A stretch of DNA of 64,000 nt from Candidatus Bathyarchaeota archaeon (GCA_963702095.1 OY969706.1:2304001-2368000); one strand, 5' to 3'. Positions 19,416-30,166 are shown, numbered from the stretch's first letter. The notes: generated from the letters alone by a model not told the origin. Numbers and translations: made by a program.

Positions 19416-20599
19416 GATTGCTCAACACAAGTTGAAAGAAGCGAGGCTAAGCACCGTGTGGAAGTATCCCAAGTTTTTGTTAAGGCTTTTCCGTACCCTT
19501 TGTTAACTTTCTGCAGAACCCAAGGCTCCTGGTCCTTTATGCTGTTAAACAGGCGCACATAAGCTTCAGGAGTTGAAGACAAAAAAAGATACTCCTGATT
19601 TTTTAATGCCTCGGGGATTGGTGTTGATATCACGGGTTTTCGCTGTGAAAGGTATTCCCACATTTTGTTTGGCGACGAGTAATAAGCGGTTGGGTTAGTC
19701 GCATCAAAAGGGATTGTTCCAACGTCGATAGCGCTTAGGTAGAACGGAACTTCCTCGTAGGGAACAAAATCTAACCAAAAAACTTTATCTCTTATTCCTT
19801 CTTCGCGGATTTGCTGTTCTACTTTCTTGATGAATTCTGTATGTAATCCCTTACCTACTAGCAGCAGTTTTGCATCTAAACCCTTCCTAGCTGAGAGCGC
19901 GACACTTTTAAGCAGTGGCTTCATCTCTAACCAGAACTCTATACTACCGATATAACCAATGATAAAATCTGATGAATCAATACCTATTTTTTCCCTTATC
20001 TGAGTCCCATTTCTGAGCTCAAGAAAGCCTGCCGAAATACCATTTGGCACATTTTCAACCCATTTAGCGCCGCAGTGAATTGCGTGTGCTTGGAGAGCAG
20101 AGGAGACGACAGTTACCAAACTGGCGTGGCTAATAATTCTTCTTAGAATTAAATCAAAGTAACCTGTTAGAATCTTCCCTTGAACGCTTTGGACATCAAA
20201 GAGGTAACCTGATGCGCTAGTCGGATAATAGTCTGGGAGATCAACAACTATTGGGATGTTGATACTTGAAAGTTCATCCATTAAAGTATAGGCAAGCGGA
20301 GCGGATAGGTTGGAAAGTACCACAATATCTATGCTTTCTTGTCTTATAATTCGCCTGATTTCGGATGCATGACTTGCTGCATTTCGGAGATAGTATAAAG
20401 AAACTGAATTTTTGCAGAATCCGCTGAGATCATGAACGACAACGTTGCTACTCATTTTTTTGTTATTAAAAAGGTGGAATCTAGCTACGTGTACTTCGAA
20501 ATTCTTGGCGTCGTTTAGGCGTTCGAATATTTGGTTATGACGTTGAGGAAAAGGGTGGCATAAATAATCGCTGCTGGGAACTAGAAGAACACGAATCAT
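19412..20599 (-). CDS. Glycosyltransferase family 4
   Basis: VPNG, IGYIGS and SSPNKMWEYLSQRKPVIST motifs. Confidence 0.9.
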   Translation of the reverse strand: MIRVLLVPSSDYLCHPFPQRHNQIFERLNDAKNFEVHVARFHLFNNKKMSSNVVVHDLSGFCKNSVSLYYLRNAASHASEIRRIIRQESIDIVVLSNLSAPLAYTLMDELSSINIPIVVDLPDYYPTSASGYLFDVQSVQGKILTGYFDLILRRIISHASLVTVVSSALQAHAIHCGAKWVENVPNGISAGFLELRNGTQIREKIGIDSSDFIIGYIGSIEFWLEMKPLLKSVALSARKGLDAKLLLVGKGLHTEFIKKVEQQIREEGIRDKVFWLDFVPYEEVPFYLSAIDVGTIPFDATNPTAYYSSPNKMWEYLSQRKPVISTPIPEALKNQEYLFLSSTPEAYVRLFNSIKDQEPWVLQKVNKGYGKALTKTWDTSTRCLASLLSTCVEQS

Positions 20600-20663
20600 A
20601 TGCTGATTGGCAGTTCACTTTGGTTTTTATGGACGCAGTTTCGCTGTTGACGCAATGGGGGAA

Positions 20664-20912
20664 TCAAACTACTTCAGTGACTTTCAGGCAGACGATTAAT
20701 AGAAAGACTATGAGCAGGGGTAGTATGCCTACATTTAGGTAGCGGCGAAGTACCTTTAGAGAAGACCTTTTGTTTCCCGCAGTCGCTTCCTGTGTTCCCA
20801 ACAATGTGATAAGTAGTATCGTAGCTAACGCACCAAGGCTTGCGCCTGTGGTTGTGAGTGTTACGATTGTTGTTACTGTTGTTGTGGTTACAGTTGATAT
20901 CATGGCAGACAA
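20664..20912 (-). CDS. Small Thr-rich two-TM membrane protein
   Basis: 82 aa: ISTVTTTTVTTIVTLTTT followed by two hydrophobic helices; co-oriented within the cluster. Confidence 0.7.
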   Translation of the reverse strand: MSAMISTVTTTTVTTIVTLTTTGASLGALATILLITLLGTQEATAGNKRSSLKVLRRYLNVGILPLLIVFLLIVCLKVTEVV

Positions 20913-20922
20913 CTGGTTACTA

Positions 20923-21717
20923 TTAAAGCGTCACGATACTAATAAAGTTTATCACAGAAGGCATAATCAAAAACAAAAAAACATTCGTTAAGCCATGAGA
21001 AAGGCTAACACCTAAAAGGCTCTTAGTTTTAAGCACCAAAACACCAAAGAACAAACCCACGGAAAATACAAAAAACACGTCAAGCAACTGAAGCCAGCCA
21101 ATGTGGAGAGCCGCAAAGATTACGGCCACAGAAATAAGACCCGCTTTGGTACCGAATGCTTTTATCGCGTTATTCTGGAGCACACCACGGAAAACCAATT
21201 CTTCAACAAATCCCGTTGCAACAATAACACCCACAGAGAGAAGAATAAAGCTCCAAGTTGAGAAGCCTACAGTTATAGCAGCAGGTCTCAGTATCAAATA
21301 CTCCAATATGCCAAAAGGAATCCCAGTAAAAGTTATTGCCAGCTGAATCAACGGTTTTTTAACCGTCAACCCAATTTCTGAGGCAGTTAAGCCCTCAAGC
21401 CACACTACAGTGACGGCTGCAACAAGCATAGGTACACCAGCGATCAGGTACCAAACATATGAGGGAAACATCTGAAGTGGCATTGAGAGGCTAAATACTC
21501 TGATCAATGGCGCTATTGAGAGACAGAGAAAAACGTTTGATGTCTGACTATTTTTTTTCCACAATGCCGATAAGCAAAGCAGAGAAACAAGCAGCATCGA
21601 ATGGATAACGAGCCCAAAGGTGGGACTTATAAAAGACGTAATTGCTTCTGCAACAACTATCAAAGTGATGTAGACTAAAAATATTAGTCCATTTGACGCG
21701 GGCATTTCAACGGTCAC
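20923..21717 (-). CDS. CPBP (Abi/CAAX) intramembrane glutamic endopeptidase
   Basis: EELVFRG, FAALH and HGLTN motifs. Confidence 0.9.
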   Translation of the reverse strand: MTVEMPASNGLIFLVYITLIVVAEAITSFISPTFGLVIHSMLLVSLLCLSALWKKNSQTSNVFLCLSIAPLIRVFSLSMPLQMFPSYVWYLIAGVPMLVAAVTVVWLEGLTASEIGLTVKKPLIQLAITFTGIPFGILEYLILRPAAITVGFSTWSFILLSVGVIVATGFVEELVFRGVLQNNAIKAFGTKAGLISVAVIFAALHIGWLQLLDVFFVFSVGLFFGVLVLKTKSLLGVSLSHGLTNVFLFLIMPSVINFISIVTL

Positions 21718-22555
21718 TTACAGTTATTAATAATTGAAGATGACGATAGGGAGCGGATATGCCTTCTTTGAACAACTGAAATTCGAGTTTCATTTGCGCC
21801 CCAGTCTTGTCTGGAGTAAAAGTGTAGGGTCTCGTCCAGTTTTGGCTGTTCTGCACTTGAATGTTATCGATTGTCGCCAATGTTTTATTTTCTAGGCTGA
21901 TTGTGATTCGGTAGGTTATGTCTTGGTCCTCGTGGTTTATTATACCAGTAATTACTGTACCGTTTTGTCCAAGCGTTAAATTCTGCGGATAATCAGTCAA
22001 TTTACCATTAAAATCCAGAATATAGAATTCTGTGAATTGGTCGCCTGCTTTTGGAGCTGCACCAAGGTAAGCGGTTAAGCTTCCAACCATTACAATGGCT
22101 GCGATAATGGCGAGAAAGAAGAACTTATCAAGTCTGGTAATCTTTGCTAATTTTGGGAAGCCGTGGAAAGAGAGGGCGAGGGCATTGTCAGGCGCTAACG
22201 CACTCCTTCGATAAATAGCAAGCAATGATAGTGATGCAGTGAATAATGTTAGTGATATTATGATTGGCACAAGCCTTATCCCCCAAGGAGTATAGTTAAG
22301 GCCCAAACCGATCAGGGGAACAACGGCTAAACTCAACCCTATGCTTAGGGCTAAACGCTCCATTCTTCCTAAAGCCGTTTTTTCTGGATACAAAGCGCTG
22401 ATTAAGCTATATCCAGGGAAGAACAACACAAAGGGTAAGCCTAATATGGTTCGTATCAGCGAATCAGGCACTAAAGCTGTTACTACAATTAGGGCTACAG
22501 ATATCAAGTTGATTATGAGCAGATCAGTTGCAGCATTTAATCTGAAGCTATTCAT
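21707..22555 (-). CDS. DUF1616 family membrane protein
   Basis: LFFPGY, ERLALSIGLS, LNYTPWGI, FTEFYIL and INHE motifs. Confidence 0.85.
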   Translation of the reverse strand: MNSFRLNAATDLLIINLISVALIVVTALVPDSLIRTILGLPFVLFFPGYSLISALYPEKTALGRMERLALSIGLSLAVVPLIGLGLNYTPWGIRLVPIIISLTLFTASLSLLAIYRRSALAPDNALALSFHGFPKLAKITRLDKFFFLAIIAAIVMVGSLTAYLGAAPKAGDQFTEFYILDFNGKLTDYPQNLTLGQNGTVITGIINHEDQDITYRITISLENKTLATIDNIQVQNSQNWTRPYTFTPDKTGAQMKLEFQLFKEGISAPYRHLQLLITVSDR

Positions 22556-23510
22556 GCCTCTTTTCTCTTCCCATGTTTTGCATGAGTCTTGTTTCAGTTC
22601 TCTTTAGAACAAGCACCATTGTGCCAACTGCGATTGCCTGGGAGGCAAAAAGAAGGAGCATAACACCCATTAGAGCCCAGCCGCTATGCCAGATACCTAA
22701 GAAAAGCTGGTTAAAAAGAACCCAAACCAACACACCAGCCGCGGGAAGTATCGATAGCATCGAAACCGACGAAAAGAGCAATACGGGATTGTATTTACGC
22801 GCCAAACCGATAACCGACATCAAAATTCCAAAGCCGTTACGCCAGGAAAGTTTACCTTTTCCCAGCCGTTTACGGTACCCGATTGGCACCTCAGTTATTT
22901 CATGCTCAGCTGCGGTTTGGGCGGCAATTTCCACTTCAGTAGCAAAGTTCCTCGACCCAAGTTCAATATACTGGGCTACTTCAGTTTTGAGGAGGTACAT
23001 ACCCGAGCATATATCGGAAAGATGAGTGCCCATTAGGAGGTTGAAAGATTTTGTTATGATCCAGTTTCCCAGCCGATGGAGTAGGCTGATGTTTTTGGGG
23101 TCTCTAACGCCGATCACCTGGGCATAGTTAGCGTGATTTAGAAGGCGTTGGATGTCTTGGGCTCGGTAGGTGTAGTCCCCGTCTATTATTAGCAAGTAGG
23201 GTGTGTTGACATGTTCTATTGCGGTTTTTACTGCACCGCTTTTGCCTTTATCGTGTTGTTGGATGAAGGTGATGCCGGGTATTTCTTTGATTTTTTGGGG
23301 GGTTTTGTCGATTGAGTACCCATCAACCACCAAAATGTTGTCATAACCCTCTTGTGTTAAATCGTTTAGTACGGGAACTATGGCTTCCTCTTCGTCTTTT
23401 ACAGGTATTACTATGGTGACCTGATCCTTGTCTATCGAGCCCCAAGGTAAACCAGATGGCTCCTGAGGGACAGATGCCTGATTGATGATTGGTTGTGTCA
23501 GCTTAGGCAT
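22548..23510 (-). CDS. Glycosyltransferase family 2, polyprenol-phosphate glycosyltransferase (AglJ/DPM-synthase-like)
   Basis: VVDGYSID, IDGDYTY, DICSGM and YRKRLG motifs; two C-terminal TMs. Confidence 0.85.
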   Translation of the reverse strand: MPKLTQPIINQASVPQEPSGLPWGSIDKDQVTIVIPVKDEEEAIVPVLNDLTQEGYDNILVVDGYSIDKTPQKIKEIPGITFIQQHDKGKSGAVKTAIEHVNTPYLLIIDGDYTYRAQDIQRLLNHANYAQVIGVRDPKNISLLHRLGNWIITKSFNLLMGTHLSDICSGMYLLKTEVAQYIELGSRNFATEVEIAAQTAAEHEITEVPIGYRKRLGKGKLSWRNGFGILMSVIGLARKYNPVLLFSSVSMLSILPAAGVLVWVLFNQLFLGIWHSGWALMGVMLLLFASQAIAVGTMVLVLKRTETRLMQNMGREKRHE

Positions 23511-23632
23511 AGTGTGGTTTTGTGGAGTTTCATCGCGACGGAGTTAAGGAGTATAAAGAGGAGGTTCCTACCGCTCAACCCTTTCACACCGCATGGTAAC
23601 AGAGGAGCCATTCAAACGAAGCAGTTGTGGTT

Positions 23633-24112
23633 TCATAGTTTAGTGCTGACTTTAAACATAGGAAGGTCATTCATGTCGATAACTGTTAAATGGCGAATGA
23701 AGCCTTCATCGTACATCCACTGTGACGCCAACTTGTTCCCCCAACCGACAGCGATTAAACTGATTTGCCGAACCTGCCGCAGCCCAAACGTTTGCATACC
23801 ATAAGATAAACTGCCGAATAATCCTTTGAGGCCGCCTATTGCATCTATCAGTTTCTCGACCAGTGGTGCCAGAATTTTTAGGATCATTAGACTGTGTATT
23901 TTATCAACCGTCTGGATGACTGCGTCGATGTATCGGCGTTTATCAGCGGTTAAGGTTCGGAACCAGGAATTGTGGGCTCTTAGGGCTTTCTGTTTTAAGG
24001 TGCTGAGGAATTTTCTTCCGCCTTTCATTATCATGTTTGAAACATCGGCGCTCTTCGGTTCCTTATCAGCATCTTGTTTGAGAGCTAGTGACTGTTGCTT
24101 CAGCGTTTTCAT
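23633..24112 (-). CDS. Hypothetical protein
   Basis: 159-aa ORF with normal composition; its ATG overlaps the TGA of the upstream ORF. Confidence 0.6.
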   Translation of the reverse strand: MKTLKQQSLALKQDADKEPKSADVSNMIMKGGRKFLSTLKQKALRAHNSWFRTLTADKRRYIDAVIQTVDKIHSLMILKILAPLVEKLIDAIGGLKGLFGSLSYGMQTFGLRQVRQISLIAVGWGNKLASQWMYDEGFIRHLTVIDMNDLPMFKVSTKL

Positions 24113-24504
24113 AGGGAAGCCTCGTTTGGTTCCATTGACGATTTGTTGGTTGGTCTGCTGCCGATGGAGTCCTGTTCGGAAAGCGGAGTGTTCGTTAGGA
24201 GGTTTATTTGGTCCAGAAGGCTTGTGCAGACGGATAGGCAGTCTTCACAAAGGGTGAAGCCGTATCTGAGAAGCAGCGTGTTTGTGGTTTTCTTGCAGAT
24301 GTCACATATGCCGATTTTGGTTCCGATTAGAAGCGGGTGGCGTATGCGTGTTTTTTTGTTGTTATCTTTTGATTGTTTGGGGTAAGGTTGAGTTAGGTGG
24401 CTATCGCTGTCGTGGTTTGGTAGCGTTTTGTTGCAGTTGTTTTTTGTATGTTGTGTTTTGGGTGTTTGTGAATATCGCTGTGTTTTTGTTTGTGGTTGGT
24501 TCAC
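24109..24504 (-). CDS. Hypothetical protein with CxxC...CxxC zinc finger
   Basis: CDICKK...LCEDCLSVC; low-complexity N-terminus; GGGG SD; coupled to the downstream ORF. Confidence 0.5.
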   Translation of the reverse strand: MNQPQTKTQRYSQTPKTQHTKNNCNKTLPNHDSDSHLTQPYPKQSKDNNKKTRIRHPLLIGTKIGICDICKKTTNTLLLRYGFTLCEDCLSVCTSLLDQINLLTNTPLSEQDSIGSRPTNKSSMEPNEASL

Positions 24505-24722
24505 TCACATTCCCCTTTGGCAGACAAACGGTGTCTAGTTGTCACAGCGAGTTATTTATAACTTATCACAAAAAACAAACAGCAACCAAACAAGACTCCT
24601 CAATAAACCCATACACTGACTGACTAATCCAGCACGCATGGGCAATGCCAAACCAGAAACACCGCAGACAAAGCCACGGATAAACTACACCATAAAACAC
24701 ATCAGTTAATGACGAGCAAGCG

Positions 24723-25838
24723 CTACTTTTTCTTGCCGTTTTTGCCTTCTTGCGGTTTCTGCTCCAACTTAGTCGGCAAGTACTCATCCACAATGTAGGT
24801 TAAACCGTATCTGCTGAAAGCTTCAAGTTCCGTCTTACGCCTGATTTTTAGGAACATCTTGATCTCACGTTGCCAGACAGGGTCGTTTTGGTACCGGGGG
24901 TCCTTTTGGAGTTCGTAGAGGCGTTTGATGTCCACTTCGTCAAGCGGGTCTGTGGGTAACTTGTATTCGACGATGTCGCTTGCCCACACTCCGCTCCAGA
25001 CTGCGTCCGGGGTGTTTAGGTTTCTTAGGTGGGCAGCGTTGGCTGAGCCAGAGATGATAACCTGCGCGATGTGCATTCCCCAAGGGTCACCGTCAGTTAA
25101 TATGTAAACTGGCAGATTGAGTTCATCATGTAATCTTCGAATGAAACTGCGGGTTTGTCTGGGTGCTTGACCTCCGCAGGCGATTAAGAGGGATTTGTGT
25201 TTGTTGTGCACATTTTCTTCGATGAATCTGGTGAAGAGTGCGCCTTTTTCGATGGCTATGACTTTGTCGGCGCTGGTTTTTATGAATTCAGAGGAGGTTA
25301 CTGCGGGTCCGATGAGGACGCCGTCGGGGTGGCTGGTTAAGTTGACTGTTTTGCCCTCGTAGCCTGGTACTGTGTAACCTATGTCGAGGTCGCCAAATAT
25401 TGCGCTGCGTTCCTCGGGGAACACGCTGAAGTCTTCCCGTGCAAAGCCTGTTAGGGTTTCGAGGTCGGTTATGATGTTGTTTGATTCCTGCTGGTCTTGG
25501 AAGGTCATTTCGTATGCTTGCGCAGAGTAGTAGACATCTCTTAGGGTGCTGGTTTTGCGTTGGCTGGTTAATTCGTTGCTAAACATAGCCACCCAAGCCA
25601 GCTGCGTAAAGGGTTTAATGTGGCGGATGTTGCGTGTGCTTCTGCCAACGATTTTTTCGCCTAAAACGTATTGGCGCAGGTTTTCGTCGTAGGTGATGTT
25701 TTCGGTGCTGCGGCTCGGCATGTTAACCGTTGGAAACTGTCCTTGCTCCAGCTGGTTGTAAATGCCTGTGCCGAAGCTTTTGAGCCCTTTTAGAACCTCT
25801 TGCTTTCGCTCTGAGATTTTAATTTTCTTCTGCGCCAT
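24723..25838 (-). CDS. top6A: DNA topoisomerase VI subunit A
   Basis: TLRDVYY (catalytic Tyr), AIEK, and TOPRIM motif TDGDPWG. Confidence 0.95.
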   Translation of the reverse strand: MAQKKIKISERKQEVLKGLKSFGTGIYNQLEQGQFPTVNMPSRSTENITYDENLRQYVLGEKIVGRSTRNIRHIKPFTQLAWVAMFSNELTSQRKTSTLRDVYYSAQAYEMTFQDQQESNNIITDLETLTGFAREDFSVFPEERSAIFGDLDIGYTVPGYEGKTVNLTSHPDGVLIGPAVTSSEFIKTSADKVIAIEKGALFTRFIEENVHNKHKSLLIACGGQAPRQTRSFIRRLHDELNLPVYILTDGDPWGMHIAQVIISGSANAAHLRNLNTPDAVWSGVWASDIVEYKLPTDPLDEVDIKRLYELQKDPRYQNDPVWQREIKMFLKIRRKTELEAFSRYGLTYIVDEYLPTKLEQKPQEGKNGKKK

Positions 25839-27347
25839 ACTTCTGTACACTCTTGAGTAGTTTTTCTATGTCTGGCTTTTGGGTTTGCGCCAGCAAGGGT
25901 AGTGGAGAACTCGGCGATTTTAGGCAGGTACTTACTGAAAATGCCCAGCCGCTTCTTTTCATTGTGCACGTGTTCTTGGCGGGCAAGGAAATGCTGCATT
26001 TGCCTCGCCACATCACGGATTGCATTGGCTTCTTCCCGGCGTACTTCGGGACGGTCGGAGATGAATTCTTTGCCCACCGTTTTATAGGGCACTTTGGTGC
26101 TGCAAATGTGCACTACAATGGCTATGGGCATATCCGGCTGGACTTTGTAACGCCGCCAATTCATAGCTGAAATAACACGGTAAGAAACATCGCTTGCTTC
26201 ATCGTAGAGAAGCGGGATCTTGTTTGCGAAGCGGTAAATGACAAAGTTGCCACGTTTTGGCACTCCACCCCCGTAAGCCATCGCCATCTCCACGATAAAG
26301 GGGTGACCCGCATACGTGGAGGGTTTACGTTGGTGAACAACGAGGTATTCGGGGTTAAGTTCCTTCATGACTCCTGCCTTTAGGAGATCTTCGCCCAGCG
26401 GCGAGAGGCAACTGGCGTCCGGCGGCAGGAAATCCTTGTATTTTTTGAGGTTTTGCATCAGGCGCACGATTTCTTCGTGGCTGAGTTTCTTGGGGTTCTT
26501 GTTGGCGGGGAGCCCTGTGAAATCGAGGAATTTCTGCGCGGTTATTTCGCCAACGCGGTGGAAATGCTGTCTCAGAAAAGTTGACATGCTGGTGCATTCG
26601 GTGATTTGGATAAGCCGCTGTAAAAGCTCCACGTCTACGCCGTAGGGGTGGGGCGCGGTTTCTTTTGGGGGGTCCGGCATGACTGTGGTTGCCCTTGTGA
26701 ACTTGTAGAGTCTGCCTTTGGGGTCGACGAATGTTAGGTTGGCGTAGGGGTTAACCATGGCGGTTTGTTTGAAGTACTCGATGATTTTTGGCATCGCACG
26801 CAAGTAGTCGCCTTCGATTGAGAACTCGATTATGGTGCCGCGCCAGTTGTCCTTGTTGATGAGGACTTTGCGGTCGACGATTATGGGTTTGTTGCGTTGG
26901 ATGTCAATCATCAATTTGAAAGTGTAGATTTTTTCTTGCCCAGTGCTTGAGGTTACAATTACGGGTTGGTGGGTTGTGATTTGGCCGTAGAGAACCGCCA
27001 TTTTGCCGCCGAGTCCGAAGGTGCCGCGGGCTTGTTTGAGTTTGTATTTGCTTCCGTAGAGGATTTGGCCGAAACGCTGAGGGGATGAAGCGGGGTTGGA
27101 TGCCGCTGCCGTTGTCTTCGACTCTTAGCCGGTAGATTTGGGTGTCTTTGGTGGCTTCTGCCTCGAAGCTTAGGCGCACGTAGACTTCGGGGGGGATTTT
27201 TTGGCTCTCAGCAGCGTCGAGGCTGTTTTCGACGAGTTCTCGGATTGCGACGAAGATTGACCTTGAAGGGTTGGTTAAGCCCGCGATGTCGCGGTTTCGA
27301 TAGAAGAAGTCAGATGCACTCATCTCTTCGAAGGTTGCTTGAGCCAC
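25819..27347 (-). CDS. top6B: DNA topoisomerase VI subunit B (apparent frameshifts ~27072 and ~25885)
   Basis: RELVENSLDAAE, DNGSG, (RGTFGLGGK)MAVLYGQ, HPYGVD, RFANKIPLLYD and VPYKTVGKE motifs. Confidence 0.93.
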
Positions 27348-27647
27348 TTGCTGCTTACACCACTTTCCCCAATATTTTTTTGGCTTAGTATACTTGCTGC
27401 TTGTTCTTTAAGTTAACTGCATTATGCGTATAAAACGTTCGTCTAAAAAATTGTTCGGTAACATACCTGAATGGAAGGTTTTAACATGAAAATGTCGATT
27501 AATCCATTGATAGGTTGATTTCAAAGCTAAATTTACCATGCAAACGACAGGAAGCTGTTACTGCCTCTAAGCAACCACACAACTATAAATAAAAACCACC
27601 CCTAAAAAACCAAGGAAACAACCCACCAAAACCGCGCGGTCTCACTT

Positions 27648-28019
27648 TTGACGCAAAAAACATCAAACCTAAAAGACCTCATAACCCAATTCCTAAACGA
27701 GGCAAAAGCAACCCTAAAAGAATACATCCAAAAACAAGAAGCAGCCCTAAAAAACCGCCTAAAAAAACTCCTCATCATAAGCATCACAAGCGCCGTCATA
27801 ATGTCCATAGGCATCTCCATGGCAGGCGCCGCCGCACTATTCTTCCTAATCGGCTCACTGCGGTACCTCGAAACCTTCCTCCCCGCATGGCAAGCATGGT
27901 ATGTCATTGCCGCCACATCAGCGGTAGTAGCAGCAGCCCTGTTCATAGCGCTGTTTTTGATTATTAGAAACCAGTTGGCACCTCCCAAAACGACTGAACA
28001 GCCCCCGACAAGCATCTGA
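27648..28019 (+). CDS. Two-TM membrane protein (YqjE/holin-III-like)
   Basis: Amphipathic N-terminal helix, then two hydrophobic segments around 'LPAWQAW'. Confidence 0.6.
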   Translation: MTQKTSNLKDLITQFLNEAKATLKEYIQKQEAALKNRLKKLLIISITSAVIMSIGISMAGAAALFFLIGSLRYLETFLPAWQAWYVIAATSAVVAAALFIALFLIIRNQLAPPKTTEQPPTSI

Positions 28020-28068
28020 GACTCTCAAGATTTGAAGAGCGATTTGAAGTTTTATTTATTAAAATTAG

Positions 28069-28150
28069 GGTTTGCTGGGGAACTGAAACCGAACTAGAGG
28101 AAGAAAAGAATGGAAAATGCAACTAAACCATTTTTATCTACTGCGATTTC
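28069..28150 (+). repeat. Dispersed intergenic repeat family A, copy 2
   Basis: 31-nt core identical to 1596-1626; shared GGTTTGCTGGGG 5' segment and GCGAT 3' segment. Confidence 0.8.
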
Positions 28151-28534
28151 CAAGTTAAGGTTTAGTCGTTAAAATTGCTGTTTTTTATTCCCCTTCTTGT
28201 TTGCGAAAATTGTTTTTAGGGGTGGGTTGTTTTGGGGTTGGTTGGGAAGTGAGAGGTGGCTGATGCCTTTTGAAGGGCTATGCTAGTGCCGCTTGCATTG
28301 CGCTGTTCATTGCCGTCTGTTGTTTGCAAAAGAATTCAGTAGTTTAGGAATCATATTTGGAGGCTATTAGAATATCTATGCAGAAACCTATAGAGGGTAG
28401 GTCTATGGGGCTTGCCTTCTACATATAAGGAGGGGTCTCTGCTGAGAGCAACAAAACGTTGTTTCTGTCGCAAAAAACTTAACAGCAACCCCCCTCAAAT
28501 AATCCACAAACACACGCTTATTTCAGAGGTATTC

Positions 28535-30166
28535 ATGTTGAGAAGCGACAACATTAAAACTGGAATAGAGAAAGCGCCTCACCGCGCACTCCTCAAATCC
28601 TTAGGGCTCCAAGACGACGACTTAGCCAAACCCCTCATTGGAGTAGCCAACAGTTACACCAACATCGTCCCCGGACACATCCACCTCCGCGCACTGGGAG
28701 AAGCCGTCAAAGAAGGCATCTTAGCCGCAGGCGGCACACCATTCGAATTCAACACCATCGCAGTCTGCGACGGCATCGCCATGGGACACCAAGGCATGCG
28801 TTACAGTCTCCCCAGCCGAGAAGTCATCGCTGACTCAGTAGAAATCATGCTCCAAGCCCACAGCCTCGACGGAGTTGTGATGGTCACTAACTGCGACAAA
28901 ATCACCCCCGGCATGCTAATGGCAGCAGCCAGAGTAGACATCCCCGCCATAATGGTTACAGGCGGACCCATGGCAGCTGGATACCTCAGAGGCAAAAAAA
29001 TCAGTTACTCCAACATGCCCGAAGCGCTTGGTCAAGTTGCCGCGGGAAAACTCTCCGAGGGCGAACTGCTTGAGCTAGAAGAAGCCGCATGCCCAGGCTG
29101 CGGCAGCTGCAGCGGCATGTTCACCGCCAACACCATGGCATGCATGACTGAAGCACTCGGTTTGTCGCTGCCGTATTGTGCCACGTCTTTGGCTAACAGC
29201 GCCTACAAAACCCGCCTCGCAAGAGCCACAGGCAAACAAATCCTAAAACTCATCCAAGCCGACCTTAAACCCAGTAAAATACTCACAGAAGCAGCGTTTG
29301 AAAACGCCATCGCACTCGACATGGCACTTGGCGGCTCAACCAACACCACCCTGCATTTACCAGCTATCGCCAAAGAAGCCGGCGTAACCCTGCCCCTGTC
29401 ACGTTTCGATGAGATCGGCAGAAAAGTCCCGCATCTCTGCAGCATGATTCCAAGCGGCATCTACGCGCTTGAGGATTTGGATGCAGCAGGCGGCGTTCCA
29501 GCGGTTCTAAACGAAATCCGAAGTCTCCTTGACCTCAACCAAGTCACAGTTACCCTCAAAACAGTGGGCGAAAACATCGAAGGCGCCAAAGTTTTAGACC
29601 GCAACGTCATCCGCCCACTCACTGACCCAGTCCACAAAGAAGGCGGTATCGCAATTTTAACCGGCAACCTAGCACCCAAGGGCTCCGTAATCAAAAGCGC
29701 CGGGGTCTCTGAGAAAATGCAGAAGCACACGGGCCCCGCAAAAGTGTACGATTCCGAATCCGAAGCCCTCGCCGCTATACGAGGAGGCAAAATAAAAGCC
29801 GGCGACGTCGTGGTCATCCGCTATGAAGGACCCAGAGGCGGACCCGGCATGCCGGAGATGCTGTTTCCAACCGCAACCATCGCGGGCATGGGCTTAGCCG
29901 ACTCGGTTGCATTAATCACGGACGGGCGCTTCAGCGGCGCCACCCACGGCGGCAGCATCGGACACGTTGCCCCCGAAGCCTTCGACGGCGGACCCATTGC
30001 AGTGCTTAGAGACGGCGACACCGTAACCATCGACATCCCCAACCGCACACTCAAAGTCGAAATAAGCGAGGGCGAACTCCAAGAGCGCTTAGCAGCTTGG
30101 AAGCCGAGACCGCCAAAAATCAGCAAAGGCATCCTCTCCCGCTACAAGCCAACACCTATCGAATAA
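28535..30166 (+). CDS. ilvD: Dihydroxy-acid dehydratase
   Basis: CDGIAMGH, SLPSRE, NCDKITPG, CSGMFTANTM, YEGPRGGPGMPEM and TDGRFSG motifs; ATG 28535 follows GAGGT. Confidence 0.95.
   Translation: MLRSDNIKTGIEKAPHRALLKSLGLQDDDLAKPLIGVANSYTNIVPGHIHLRALGEAVKEGILAAGGTPFEFNTIAVCDGIAMGHQGMRYSLPSREVIADSVEIMLQAHSLDGVVMVTNCDKITPGMLMAAARVDIPAIMVTGGPMAAGYLRGKKISYSNMPEALGQVAAGKLSEGELLELEEAACPGCGSCSGMFTANTMACMTEALGLSLPYCATSLANSAYKTRLARATGKQILKLIQADLKPSKILTEAAFENAIALDMALGGSTNTTLHLPAIAKEAGVTLPLSRFDEIGRKVPHLCSMIPSGIYALEDLDAAGGVPAVLNEIRSLLDLNQVTVTLKTVGENIEGAKVLDRNVIRPLTDPVHKEGGIAILTGNLAPKGSVIKSAGVSEKMQKHTGPAKVYDSESEALAAIRGGKIKAGDVVVIRYEGPRGGPGMPEMLFPTATIAGMGLADSVALITDGRFSGATHGGSIGHVAPEAFDGGPIAVLRDGDTVTIDIPNRTLKVEISEGELQERLAAWKPRPPKISKGILSRYKPTPIE

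Noticed and set aside
24330-24720. GT-rich then CA-rich low-complexity stretch as a repeat or mobile element
   Set aside because: Strong strand skew but no definable repeat unit, terminal repeats or convincing match to families A or B.
28280-28342. ORF MLVPLALRCSLPSVVCKRIQ upstream of ilvD as a branched-chain leader peptide
   Set aside because: It has 8/20 Leu/Val/Ile, but these are common residues and are not clustered. It ends ~190 nt before ilvD, upstream of the likely TATA near 28478, with no adjoining hairpin. Worth rechecking only if conserved in relatives.
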